Assembly (NCBI GenBank): GCA_964440875.1
Contig: CAYTTS010000002.1
Location: 1-56,872, forward strand
Length of the DNA: 56,872 nt
Reading direction: 5' to 3'
Origin: an uncultured Erysipelothrix sp.
GTDB taxonomy: Bacteria > Bacillota_I > Bacilli_A > Erysipelotrichales > Erysipelotrichaceae
The position numbers and the translations under genes were made by a program. Numbering within the stretch: the first letter of the stretch is position 1; the number at the start of each line of letters is the position of its first letter. A model generated the notes under the pieces. The model was not told the DNA's origin. It searched no databases and saw nothing but the letters and a program-made list of their open reading frames with translations. Positions 7,293 to 15,507 of this stretch are shown here, in pieces.

Positions 7293-9680
7293 ATGAACTT
7301 AAGTTATAATTGGTTAAAAGAATATGTAGATATAAATATTACTCCTGAAGACTTAGCTAGTGAGTTAACATTGGCGGGACTTGAGGTTGAACAAATATCA
7401 TACTTGGCTAATGCGAGTAATTTAGTTATTGGTGAGGTTTTAGAAGTTAGTGATCACCCGGATGCTGATACACTTAAAGTAACAAAAGTTGATATTAAAG
7501 ATGAGATATCACAAATTGTCTGTGGAGCACCAAATGTTGCTGTTGGGCAAAAAGTAATTGTTGCTAAAGTTGGAGCTAATGTAAACGGATTAAAAATAAA
7601 AGATGCAAATATCCGTGGTGTTGCATCAAGTGGAATGATTTGCTCACTAAGCGAATTAGGTGTTTCTGAAAAACTGTTAAGTGAAGAACAACTTAAGGGT
7701 ATTGAAGTTCTAGATAATGATGCAGTTGTCGGAAATGAAAATGTTTTGGAATACTTAGGATTAGATGATGCGATAATTGAGATTGATTTAACACCAAACC
7801 GTACTGATTGTCTTTCAATGTTTAATCTTGCGCATGAAGTTGCGGCAATATTAGATCAAAAAGCAAAGATCCCAAATATTAATGATAATAGCGGAGGCAT
7901 TAAAACTGACTTAGTAGTTACAAGTGAAACTGATAAAAGCCTACAAGTTTTAGGTAAAATTATTGGAAATGTAGAAATTAGACCATCAGTAAAATGGATG
8001 GAAGACGTATTGCGTGCAAATAATATGCAAGCGATTAATAATGTTGTTGATATTAGTAATATCGTTATGTTAGAAACAGGACAACCATTACACTTCTATG
8101 ACTTAGATAAGTTAGCTAAAAAGGAGTTAATTGTTAAGTCAGGTATTAAAGCTAAATATACTGCGTTAGATGAAGAAGAATATAATATTAGCGAAAATGA
8201 TTTAGTTATCACATCTAACGACGATATAATTGGTATTGCAGGTATCATTGGTGGCGATGATAGTAAGATTGTCGATAATACTAAGTCTATCTTAATAGAA
8301 GCTGCACATTTTGACTTAGTCTCGATAAGAAAGAGTTCTCGTGACTTAAATATTAATAGTGAAGCAAGTAGCCGTTTCTCTAAAGGAATTGATCCAAATG
8401 CACCGTCGTATGCACTAAACCGTGCGGTTGATTTATTAATTGAGTATGCAAGTGCTAGTGATCTTGAAGAAACAGTTGTTTATAATAAACAAGATTTAAA
8501 TGAGAAAGTCCTAGAAACAAGCGTTAAATATGTTGATGAAAGATTAGGTATTGAATTAAGTGAGGATGAGATTGTTGAAATTTTTGATCGTCTTAACTTT
8601 AAACCACTTAAAAATGCAGATAAGATTCAAGTAAGTATTCCAACATATCGCTTAGATATTAAATCGGAAGTTGATCTTAGTGAGGAAGTTGTAAGAATTT
8701 ATGGTGTTGATAAATTGCCTGCGACACTTCCATTAGTTCGTATGAGTACAAACTTAGACAGTGATCAACAAAGAATTAAGGCAAGCTTAGAGTCACTATT
8801 ATTAGGTAGTGGAACGAGTGAAATCATTAGTTATTCACTAGTATCAGATAAGCATTTAAAATATAGTTTAATGCCGATCGGTGAGCCTGTTGAATTAAGT
8901 AATCCTATCAGTATTGATAGGAAGTACTATCGAACATCATTATTCTCGAGTATGCTAGATGTAATTAGTTATAATGAAGCTCGTGGAAATGATCAATATG
9001 CACTATATGAAATTGCTAACGTATATAGCGATGATAATGATAGTCAAGAACGTCTAGTAATTGCTTTATCACAAAATCGTAATAAGAGTGCATGGCAAGA
9101 CTTAATTGATGTTGAGAGTTACTTTACATTTAAAGGAAGAATAATTTCAATATTATCAAAACTTGGAATAAATGAACAAAGAGTTAGAATTAAAGAGAAT
9201 AATAGCGATAAAGTAAATCTACATCCATACCAAAGTGCAGAAGTTTATATTGATAATAAACTATTTGGACTTTTAGGTAAAATTCATCCAAAATTAGAAG
9301 AAGAATATGATATAAAAACTGCGATTGTTGGTGAGTTTAATCTAAATGTAATTTATGAAGCGAAAAAATCAAAAGTTAAGTTTACTCAAATACCAAGATA
9401 TCCTGGTGTTAGTCGTGACATTGCTTTAATTGTTGAAGATGATTTAGCGAGCGAAAACTTAATTAAAACGATTATTAAGAGTGGAAGACCACTAGTTAAG
9501 AGTGCGGAAGTGTTTGATGTTTATGAAGGAAGTAATATTGAGGAAGGTCATAAATCAGTTGCGATTAGAATCTTCTATCAATCATTAGAAAAGACTCTGA
9601 CGGATAAAGATGTCAATGAAGTTCATGAAAATATTGTCGGCTCACTAATAAAGTCGTATAATGTAACATATCGAAAGTAG
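7293..9680 (+). CDS. pheT: Phenylalanine--tRNA ligase beta subunit
   Basis: 795 aa with the N-terminal MNLSYNWLKEY tRNA-binding domain and B3/4, B5 and FDX-ACB architecture. SD GGAGG. Immediately follows pheS. Confidence 0.97.
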   Translation: MNLSYNWLKEYVDINITPEDLASELTLAGLEVEQISYLANASNLVIGEVLEVSDHPDADTLKVTKVDIKDEISQIVCGAPNVAVGQKVIVAKVGANVNGLKIKDANIRGVASSGMICSLSELGVSEKLLSEEQLKGIEVLDNDAVVGNENVLEYLGLDDAIIEIDLTPNRTDCLSMFNLAHEVAAILDQKAKIPNINDNSGGIKTDLVVTSETDKSLQVLGKIIGNVEIRPSVKWMEDVLRANNMQAINNVVDISNIVMLETGQPLHFYDLDKLAKKELIVKSGIKAKYTALDEEEYNISENDLVITSNDDIIGIAGIIGGDDSKIVDNTKSILIEAAHFDLVSIRKSSRDLNINSEASSRFSKGIDPNAPSYALNRAVDLLIEYASASDLEETVVYNKQDLNEKVLETSVKYVDERLGIELSEDEIVEIFDRLNFKPLKNADKIQVSIPTYRLDIKSEVDLSEEVVRIYGVDKLPATLPLVRMSTNLDSDQQRIKASLESLLLGSGTSEIISYSLVSDKHLKYSLMPIGEPVELSNPISIDRKYYRTSLFSSMLDVISYNEARGNDQYALYEIANVYSDDNDSQERLVIALSQNRNKSAWQDLIDVESYFTFKGRIISILSKLGINEQRVRIKENNSDKVNLHPYQSAEVYIDNKLFGLLGKIHPKLEEEYDIKTAIVGEFNLNVIYEAKKSKVKFTQIPRYPGVSRDIALIVEDDLASENLIKTIIKSGRPLVKSAEVFDVYEGSNIEEGHKSVAIRIFYQSLEKTLTDKDVNEVHENIVGSLIKSYNVTYRK

Positions 9681-9689
9681 GAAAGAAAT

Positions 9690-10412
9690 ATGGGAAGAGC
9701 GTTTGAAGTAAGAAAAGCCTCAATGGCAAAAACCTCAGTTGCAAAGTCCAAGGTTTATTCAAAGTTTGGAAAAGAAATTTATATGGCAGCCAAAAATGGT
9801 GAGCCTAGTATAGAGATGAATGCTGAGTTATCACGCCTTGTTGACAAGGCGAAGGCAGCACAAGTACCTGCTGACATTATTAATCGTGCAATTGAAAAAG
9901 CAAAAGGATTAGATGATGAGCATTATGATGAATTAAGATATGAAGGTTTTGGTCCAGGTGGAGCGACACTAATTGTTGATACTTTAACTAATAATGTTAA
10001 TAGAACAATTGGAGAAGTTAGAAACTGTTTCACAAAGACTGATAATAAGTTAGGTGTTAGTGGAAGTGTTACATTCAACTACACACAAGCTGGAATATTA
10101 GGCTTTAGTGCTGATGTAAGTGAAGATGATGTATTGGAATCACTATTAATGAGTGATGTTGATGTTATTGAGGTAGAGAAGGAAGATAATGATATCTCGG
10201 TAATTGTTAGCTTTGTTGATCTACATAATGCTCAGCTTGCAGTTGAAAAAGATTTCAATGTAGAAAAATTTGAAGTAAACGAAATGCAAATGATTCCAAA
10301 TGACTACATCACTTTAAATGATGAAGATCGTAAGAATTTTGATAAACTAATGTTAATGTTGGAAGAATGTGAAGATGTAAATAACGTTTATCATAATGTT
10401 ATTTTAGATTAA
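9690..10412 (+). CDS. YebC/PmpR family protein
   Basis: N-terminus MGRAFEVRKASMAKTSVAKSKVYSKFGKEI and 240-aa length are typical of the family. Confidence 0.93.
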   Translation: MGRAFEVRKASMAKTSVAKSKVYSKFGKEIYMAAKNGEPSIEMNAELSRLVDKAKAAQVPADIINRAIEKAKGLDDEHYDELRYEGFGPGGATLIVDTLTNNVNRTIGEVRNCFTKTDNKLGVSGSVTFNYTQAGILGFSADVSEDDVLESLLMSDVDVIEVEKEDNDISVIVSFVDLHNAQLAVEKDFNVEKFEVNEMQMIPNDYITLNDEDRKNFDKLMLMLEECEDVNNVYHNVILD

Positions 10413-10443
10413 GGTATTAAATAGAATACAGGAGGAGATTCGA

Positions 10444-11265
10444 ATGGATAGAAGACAGATTTACGCGAAAACAGATGCTTTTGTAAAAGGTAGATGGCTA
10501 TCATTTATGCTGGTAAGTGTTATTTCAGGTATTATTACTGCACTTATCACGATGGCTATATTTACTTTAATTATTGGGCCTAACATAGTTTTAATTGAAC
10601 TGTTACCAACAATGGAAGTGGAAGAAGTTATGGCTGCGTTACTTGTTATTATTTCCAGTTTATCAGTATCAGCTAGTTTAAGCTCAATCTTTTATGTAAT
10701 TGTTCAAGCAGGCTTAGAGATGAGCTCACTAGATGCTTATGTAAATGGTGGTAAAATAACACTATCAAGTACATTTAATAAGATAAAAAATAATTTTGTT
10801 TCGATAATTGTAGCTGGAATGATAATGTTAGTTATTAATTTTCTACTTTCATTCTTTGACTTCCTGAGTGTTTTTTCATTAATTATTATTCCGATAATAT
10901 CTTATATGATGATATTTACATTCTTTACAATTGAAGATAAAGTTGCGGATAATGGTGTTGACGCAATTAAAGAAAGTTATAGAAGATCTAATGGTCATAA
11001 ATTTGATTTATTCATTGTTCAAATGAATTATGCCCTAAAACCACTATATGGTCTCTTAGTTGTTATCTTTGGCTTATTCTTTATTAATGTTTCACCAACA
11101 TTGTCTGGACTAATCATTATGACTGGATTTATCGTTAGTTTGGTATTAGCGCTTAAATATAGACCGTATAGAACGATGTCTTTAGCGGTTTATTATCGTG
11201 AGTTAAAAATAATGAATCGAGAAGTTGACGAAGTTATCGTTGATATCGAAGAAGAAATATTATAA
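10444..11265 (+). CDS. DUF975-like polytopic membrane protein
   Basis: 273 aa, several TM helices, N-terminus RRQIYAKTDAFVKGRW. Strong SD AGGAGG. Confidence 0.6.
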   Translation: MDRRQIYAKTDAFVKGRWLSFMLVSVISGIITALITMAIFTLIIGPNIVLIELLPTMEVEEVMAALLVIISSLSVSASLSSIFYVIVQAGLEMSSLDAYVNGGKITLSSTFNKIKNNFVSIIVAGMIMLVINFLLSFFDFLSVFSLIIIPIISYMMIFTFFTIEDKVADNGVDAIKESYRRSNGHKFDLFIVQMNYALKPLYGLLVVIFGLFFINVSPTLSGLIIMTGFIVSLVLALKYRPYRTMSLAVYYRELKIMNREVDEVIVDIEEEIL

Positions 11266-11361
11266 CAAATTTAAAAGAGACCAAGATAGTGGTCTCTGTT
11301 AGGTTGAAGCTAAATAAAAATAGATTTATATTTTAATCGGCTTAGATATCTAAGTCTTTCT

Positions 11362-11404
11362 GGATACGTTCGGTATTATACCAATGAACGTATCCTTTTC
11401 TTTT
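11362..11404 (+). terminator. Strong Rho-independent terminator about 100 nt downstream of the DUF975 gene
   Basis: GGATACGTTC (11362-11371) pairs with GAACGTATCC (11386-11395), followed by TTTTCTTTT. Confidence 0.75.
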
Positions 11405-11525
11405 ATCTTTATATTAAGTTTTTTCTTATATATTAGTCTTAATTTATGATTGAGAGTAATTTCATGAATATGTTCAAATTACTCCTTTTAATCTATTATG
11501 CTCTAACTGTATGCTTACACATGAT

Positions 11526-11558
11526 AAAAACCCCTTTCTCCTCGTTGGGATTTAGGGG
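11526..11558 (-). terminator. Terminator of tmcAL (minus strand)
   Basis: On the minus strand, a CCCCT...AGGGG stem with an inner TCC/GGA pairing, followed by TTTTT. Confidence 0.55.
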
Positions 11559-11583
11559 CTCATATCATTAATGTTCTCTTTTT

Positions 11584-12702
11584 TTAAATGTCGTTATAGA
11601 ATTTATTATCCTTGTATATTATTGGGCCTTTAAACTGTCTGTTATATATTCGCTCTTGTTTCTCTTTATCCATCATAGAGATGTAGAGTGCAGTACTCTT
11701 TAACTCACAATCACGGTAAACCTTATTTAAATGCTTAAACTTACTGACTACTTTAACTTCGTTATCAATTAAGTGTCGCATATATTTTTGGCCTATCTCA
11801 TTAAAGCCAAGAACTTTAAGTTCATTTAGCGCTGGTAGATTATCTAAGTCTTCTTGTGTTATATCACTCAACATAAATACAAGAGTTCTATTTATTCTGG
11901 CTCTTGTGTATCTTCTACTAACACAACTTTCCATAAAGCTTTCATAGTCAAAGTTAACTCTTGCTTGTTTGATCAAACTATTTTCAATACCTTCGGCAAA
12001 TAATCCGAGCGTATTTAAGTATTCATTTCTTGCTGTTGAGAGTTTTGTTTTAATAATTGGGAAGAAGTCACTCATAAAGACTTTGTTTTCTTCTAGATTA
12101 TCCATTGGAGTATATTTTTGAAAATCTTTTTTATCCTTGATTAATTTTCTTATAACACTAGCACTTGAAATGTCTAATTCGCCACTATTATCTCTTTGTA
12201 GTATAACTGGTTTTATCTTTGTTTTCTTTAAGGCTTTAAGATAGGCTACACCTAAAATATCATTAGGCGAGAAGCTTTGCGATAAAATACTGTATGCCTT
12301 TGGATATGAAGTTCCATCACTCATCTTCTCTTTTAGATTATCAACATTAACATTTAATTCGGAAAATGTTTTTAGTGCTTCAAGATCATTTATCTCACTT
12401 CCAAAGACAATGTAATCACATTTGGCTAATTCAAGCAGTTGTACAGATGCTTCTGCGAAAATACTGGCATTTTGATTAACTAAGACAAAGGGTATTTCTA
12501 TTACTAAATCAACTTCATTTAATAAAGCTGTTTTAACTCTTTCATATTTTTCTATTATAGCTGGTTCACCACGTTGAACGAAGTTTCCTGACATAACTGC
12601 AATTAAGATATCACAATTAGTTTTCTCTCTTGCGTACCGTATATGTTTTAGGTGTCCGTTATGGAGTGGGTTATACTCAACTACTATTCCTGTAACTATC
12701 AT
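11584..12702 (-). CDS. tmcAL: tRNA(Met) cytidine acetate ligase (YlbM/UPF0348 nucleotidyltransferase)
   Basis: N-terminal GIVVEYNPLHNGHLKHI HIGH-like motif, 372 aa, and a ylbM-yceD-rpmF neighbourhood as in Bacillus. Confidence 0.9.
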   Translation of the reverse strand: MIVTGIVVEYNPLHNGHLKHIRYAREKTNCDILIAVMSGNFVQRGEPAIIEKYERVKTALLNEVDLVIEIPFVLVNQNASIFAEASVQLLELAKCDYIVFGSEINDLEALKTFSELNVNVDNLKEKMSDGTSYPKAYSILSQSFSPNDILGVAYLKALKKTKIKPVILQRDNSGELDISSASVIRKLIKDKKDFQKYTPMDNLEENKVFMSDFFPIIKTKLSTARNEYLNTLGLFAEGIENSLIKQARVNFDYESFMESCVSRRYTRARINRTLVFMLSDITQEDLDNLPALNELKVLGFNEIGQKYMRHLIDNEVKVVSKFKHLNKVYRDCELKSTALYISMMDKEKQERIYNRQFKGPIIYKDNKFYNDI

Positions 12703-12939
12703 ATTATCACCATCAATAATATAACATATACAAATGAAATATGGTATATCAACACGATATTAAGCAAGTGACACTTTGTAAGCACTCTTAAGGACTTACT
12801 GCTTTGTTGGACTTAATTATGTGTCATTATTAATGTGCTTTGATAAGTTCTTTAAAGTGTTAGTATAAGACTATCTTTTTTGTTGAAAATAGTATATTAT
12901 TTAATAGCGAAAGAATGTTTAGCATTTCGTTGCTTTGTA

Positions 12940-12968
12940 TTGACTAATTGCTATTTATGTCATACAAT
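12940..12968 (+). promoter_or_regulatory. sigmaA promoter of yceD-rpmF
   Basis: TTGACT (12940-12945), 17 nt, TACAAT (12963-12968). Confidence 0.6.
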
Positions 12969-12996
12969 ATAAGTCGTTAATGAAATGAGGTATCTT

Positions 12997-13506
12997 ATGA
13001 AATGGTCACTGGGAGAATTATCTATCGATAATAATCAAAGGATGCACTATGATTTCACACTGAATCTAGATATAAGCGAATTTGATTATATTGAACGATT
13101 ACGTGGTATTGATACATTACACATTAATGGGGTCTGGTATTATGATGAGATTAATGATCATCTATATACTGAATTCAATTTATCTGGAGATATAGTTGTT
13201 TTAGGATCAATGACACTTGTTGAGTTTGAACATCATATTGATGTTGATACTGTTGAGGTATTTGGCTTTGATCAACTAGATGATATAGCAGAACATTTAG
13301 TTTCTAATAATGAAGTAGATTTACTTCCAATTATTAAACAATTAATAGTTGCGAATATACCAGTTAAGATTTATGAAGAGAATTTAGAATATCCTAAGGG
13401 TAAAGGTTGGGAAGTAGTAAGTGAAGCTGATTTAGCTTTAACTGAAGAAACGCCTATTAACCCGAAAATGGCCAAAATATTAGAACTTGAAGTAGAAGAT
13501 GACTAG
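12997..13506 (+). CDS. yceD: YceD/DUF177 family protein
   Basis: Acidic 169-aa protein directly upstream of rpmF. Start set to ATG 12997 (MKWSLGEL), which is preceded by GAGGT. The ORF-track start at 12985 lacks an SD. Confidence 0.85.
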   Translation: MKWSLGELSIDNNQRMHYDFTLNLDISEFDYIERLRGIDTLHINGVWYYDEINDHLYTEFNLSGDIVVLGSMTLVEFEHHIDVDTVEVFGFDQLDDIAEHLVSNNEVDLLPIIKQLIVANIPVKIYEENLEYPKGKGWEVVSEADLALTEETPINPKMAKILELEVEDD

Positions 13507-13517
13507 GAGGTGTTGAA

Positions 13518-13679
13518 ATGGCAGTCCCAAAAAGACGTAGTTCGAAAACTAGAACAAGAAAAAGACGTACTCATAAAAAGTTAAGTCCAGTAACAATCGT
13601 AAAGTGTGAAGCTTGTGGTGGTTTTAAAAAGCCACACCATATGTGCGAATGTGGTTACTATGAAAAACAAAACGCATAG
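13518..13679 (+). CDS. rpmF: 50S ribosomal protein L32 (Zn-ribbon C+ form)
   Basis: 53 aa, MAVPKRRSSKTRTRKRRTHKKL, with CEAC...CEC cysteines. SD GGAGGTG. Below the ORF-track size cutoff. Confidence 0.95.
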   Translation: MAVPKRRSSKTRTRKRRTHKKLSPVTIVKCEACGGFKKPHHMCECGYYEKQNA

Positions 13680-13688
13680 TATAAACCT

Positions 13689-13712
13689 AGCTATCTAAGG
13701 ATAGCTTTTTTT
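13689..13712 (+). terminator. Terminator after rpmF
   Basis: AGCTATC-TAAG-GATAGCT hairpin plus a T6 run. Confidence 0.8.
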
Positions 13713-13726
13713 ATATTTATACATAT

Positions 13727-13757
13727 AAAAACTAAACTTATAAGTTTAGTTTTTTTT
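13727..13757. terminator. Second, symmetric (A-tract/T-tract) hairpin terminator
   Basis: AAAACTAAAC...GTTTAGTTTTTTT palindromic stem. Confidence 0.6.
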
Positions 13758-13791
13758 GTTTCTTTTACTATACATAAAAAGTATTAAAGTG

Positions 13792-13832
13792 TATAATAGT
13801 GGTAGTTAGTGGCATTAAGTGGTAGAAAGTGG
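13792..13832 (+). promoter_or_regulatory. dcw promoter -10 followed by four phased MraZ-type boxes
   Basis: TATAAT at 13792-13797. AGTGG begins at 13798, 13808, 13818 and 13828, giving exact 10-bp phasing. Confidence 0.7.
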
Positions 13833-13841
13833 TGAAATATC

Positions 13842-14273
13842 GTGTTTATTGGAGAATATCGACACAATTTAGACTCAAAAGGCAGAATAATTATACCTGC
13901 TAAATTTAGAGAGCAATTATCCAATAACATTATATTGACTCGTGGATTGGATGGTTGTATCACTGTATATACATTAGAACAGTGGAAAGAAATTTACGAA
14001 CAACTAAAAAAACTACCTACAACTAAAAAAGAAGCACGTATGTATATTCATATGTTAACTGCAAAAGCAGCGGAAGTAGAGATTGATCGCCAAGGTAGAG
14101 TTCTAATTCCAGCAAGTTTAGTTGAAGCCGCAAAAATAAATAAGGAAAGTGTAATAGTTGGAGCCTTCGACCACATTGAAATTTGGTCAGAAGAACTTTG
14201 GGATACTTACTACGATGAAGCAAGTGATTCATTTGCAGATATCGCAGAAGCACTTACGGACTTTATAATATGA
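13842..14273 (+). CDS. mraZ: Transcriptional regulator MraZ
   Basis: GTG start. MFIGEYRHNLDSKGRIIIPAKFR plus the second repeat DRQGRVLIPASL (duplicated SpoVT-AbrB-like halves). Confidence 0.96.
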   Translation: MFIGEYRHNLDSKGRIIIPAKFREQLSNNIILTRGLDGCITVYTLEQWKEIYEQLKKLPTTKKEARMYIHMLTAKAAEVEIDRQGRVLIPASLVEAAKINKESVIVGAFDHIEIWSEELWDTYYDEASDSFADIAEALTDFII

Positions 14274-15196
14274 TGAATAAACATATTAGTGTTCTTCTTG
14301 AAGAGAGTCTAGAAGGTTTAAATATTAAACCAAATGGCATCTATGTTGATGGAACCCTAGGTCGTGGCGGTCACAGTAGGGAAATATTAAAGTTATTAAA
14401 TGATGAAGGTAGATTAATTGCCTTTGATAAAGATGATGAAGCAATAAATGAAGTAAATATCGATGATAAGAGATTTCAAATTATTAAAAGTGATTTTAGA
14501 AACATTAAGAGTGAATTAGAAAATATCGGAATAGATAAAGTTGATGGAATCTTACTAGATATTGGAGTATCTTCACCACAGTTTGATAATAAAGAACGTG
14601 GATTTAGTTATAGATTTGATGATACTTTAGATATGCGAATGGATAGAAATCAAAAGCTAAATGCTTATATAGTCGTTAACAAATATAGTGAAGATGACTT
14701 AGTTGAAATTTTCTATGATTATGGCGAAGAGAGATATGCTAGAAGTATCGCAAGAAAAATAATCGCATTTAGAGAAGATAGACCAATAAGAACGACATTT
14801 GAACTTGTTGATATTATTAAATCAGCATTACCAAATAAAGTGTTGAATAAAAAGGGACACCCTGCTAAACAAGTATTCCAGGCAATAAGAATTGAAGTAA
14901 ATGATGAGCTTGGTGCACTTAAACAAGTAATTGCAGATGGAGCAACTGTATTAAATAAAGAGGGGAGAATGGTAATAATTACCTTCCACTCATTAGAGGA
15001 TAGAATTGTTAAGAAGATGTTTAGAGACTTAGCGGATGGAGATAAAATTGATCCAAGAATACCTATTATGCCAGATCAAATTAAAGAGAGTGATTACACT
15101 TTAATCACAAGAAGGCCAATAATAGCTAGTAAGGAAGAATTGGAGCATAATAAGCGATCTAAGAGTGCTAAATTAAGAGTAATAGAAAGGGATTAA
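14270..15196 (+). CDS. rsmH: 16S rRNA (cytosine1402-N4)-methyltransferase
   Basis: HISVLLEES and GTLGRGGHS SAM-binding motifs. Position after mraZ. Confidence 0.96.
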   Translation: MMNKHISVLLEESLEGLNIKPNGIYVDGTLGRGGHSREILKLLNDEGRLIAFDKDDEAINEVNIDDKRFQIIKSDFRNIKSELENIGIDKVDGILLDIGVSSPQFDNKERGFSYRFDDTLDMRMDRNQKLNAYIVVNKYSEDDLVEIFYDYGEERYARSIARKIIAFREDRPIRTTFELVDIIKSALPNKVLNKKGHPAKQVFQAIRIEVNDELGALKQVIADGATVLNKEGRMVIITFHSLEDRIVKKMFRDLADGDKIDPRIPIMPDQIKESDYTLITRRPIIASKEELEHNKRSKSAKLRVIERD

Positions 15197-15198
15197 TT

Positions 15199-15498
15199 AT
15201 GGCTAAAATTAAGAGAAAAAGAAGACCAACGATATTAGTATATGCACTTGCATTATTATTTGTGAGTTTAACTGCTTACACATTTTCAGCGATTTTTTTG
15301 AAACAGTATAATACTGATTTATCAGTTAATATTCAACAAAACGAAGCTAAAATTAAATCACTATCTACTGAAATGGAAGCTTTACAAGTTGAGATAGATA
15401 AACTTGCTACTAAGAGTAAGGTTGCAGATGCTATTAAAAATGAAGAGATGGAAGTTAATAAGGATAATATAGTCTATATTAACGGTAACTCTGATTAG
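15199..15498 (+). CDS. ftsL: Cell division protein FtsL
   Basis: 99 aa with a basic N-terminus, a single TM helix and a coiled-coil ectodomain. Conserved position between rsmH and the PBP gene. Confidence 0.8.
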   Translation: MAKIKRKRRPTILVYALALLFVSLTAYTFSAIFLKQYNTDLSVNIQQNEAKIKSLSTEMEALQVEIDKLATKSKVADAIKNEEMEVNKDNIVYINGNSD

Positions 15499-15507
15499 GG
15501 TTTATAA

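Noticed and set aside
11446-11571. 41-codon ORF (MIESNFMNMFKLLLLIYYALTVCLHMIKTPFSSLGFRGSYH) in the DUF975/tmcAL gap.
   Set aside because: It has no SD, it runs through the minus-strand tmcAL terminator hairpin, and nothing family-like is recognisable. It is most likely a chance ORF.
12703-12939. Long (about 290-nt) divergent region between tmcAL and yceD, examined for a structured RNA or ribosomal-protein leader.
   Set aside because: Only short, weak hairpins (4-5 bp) and small palindromes such as AAGTG-A-CACTT were found, with no convincing terminator or conserved motif. It is treated as ordinary AT-rich promoter DNA pending comparative data.
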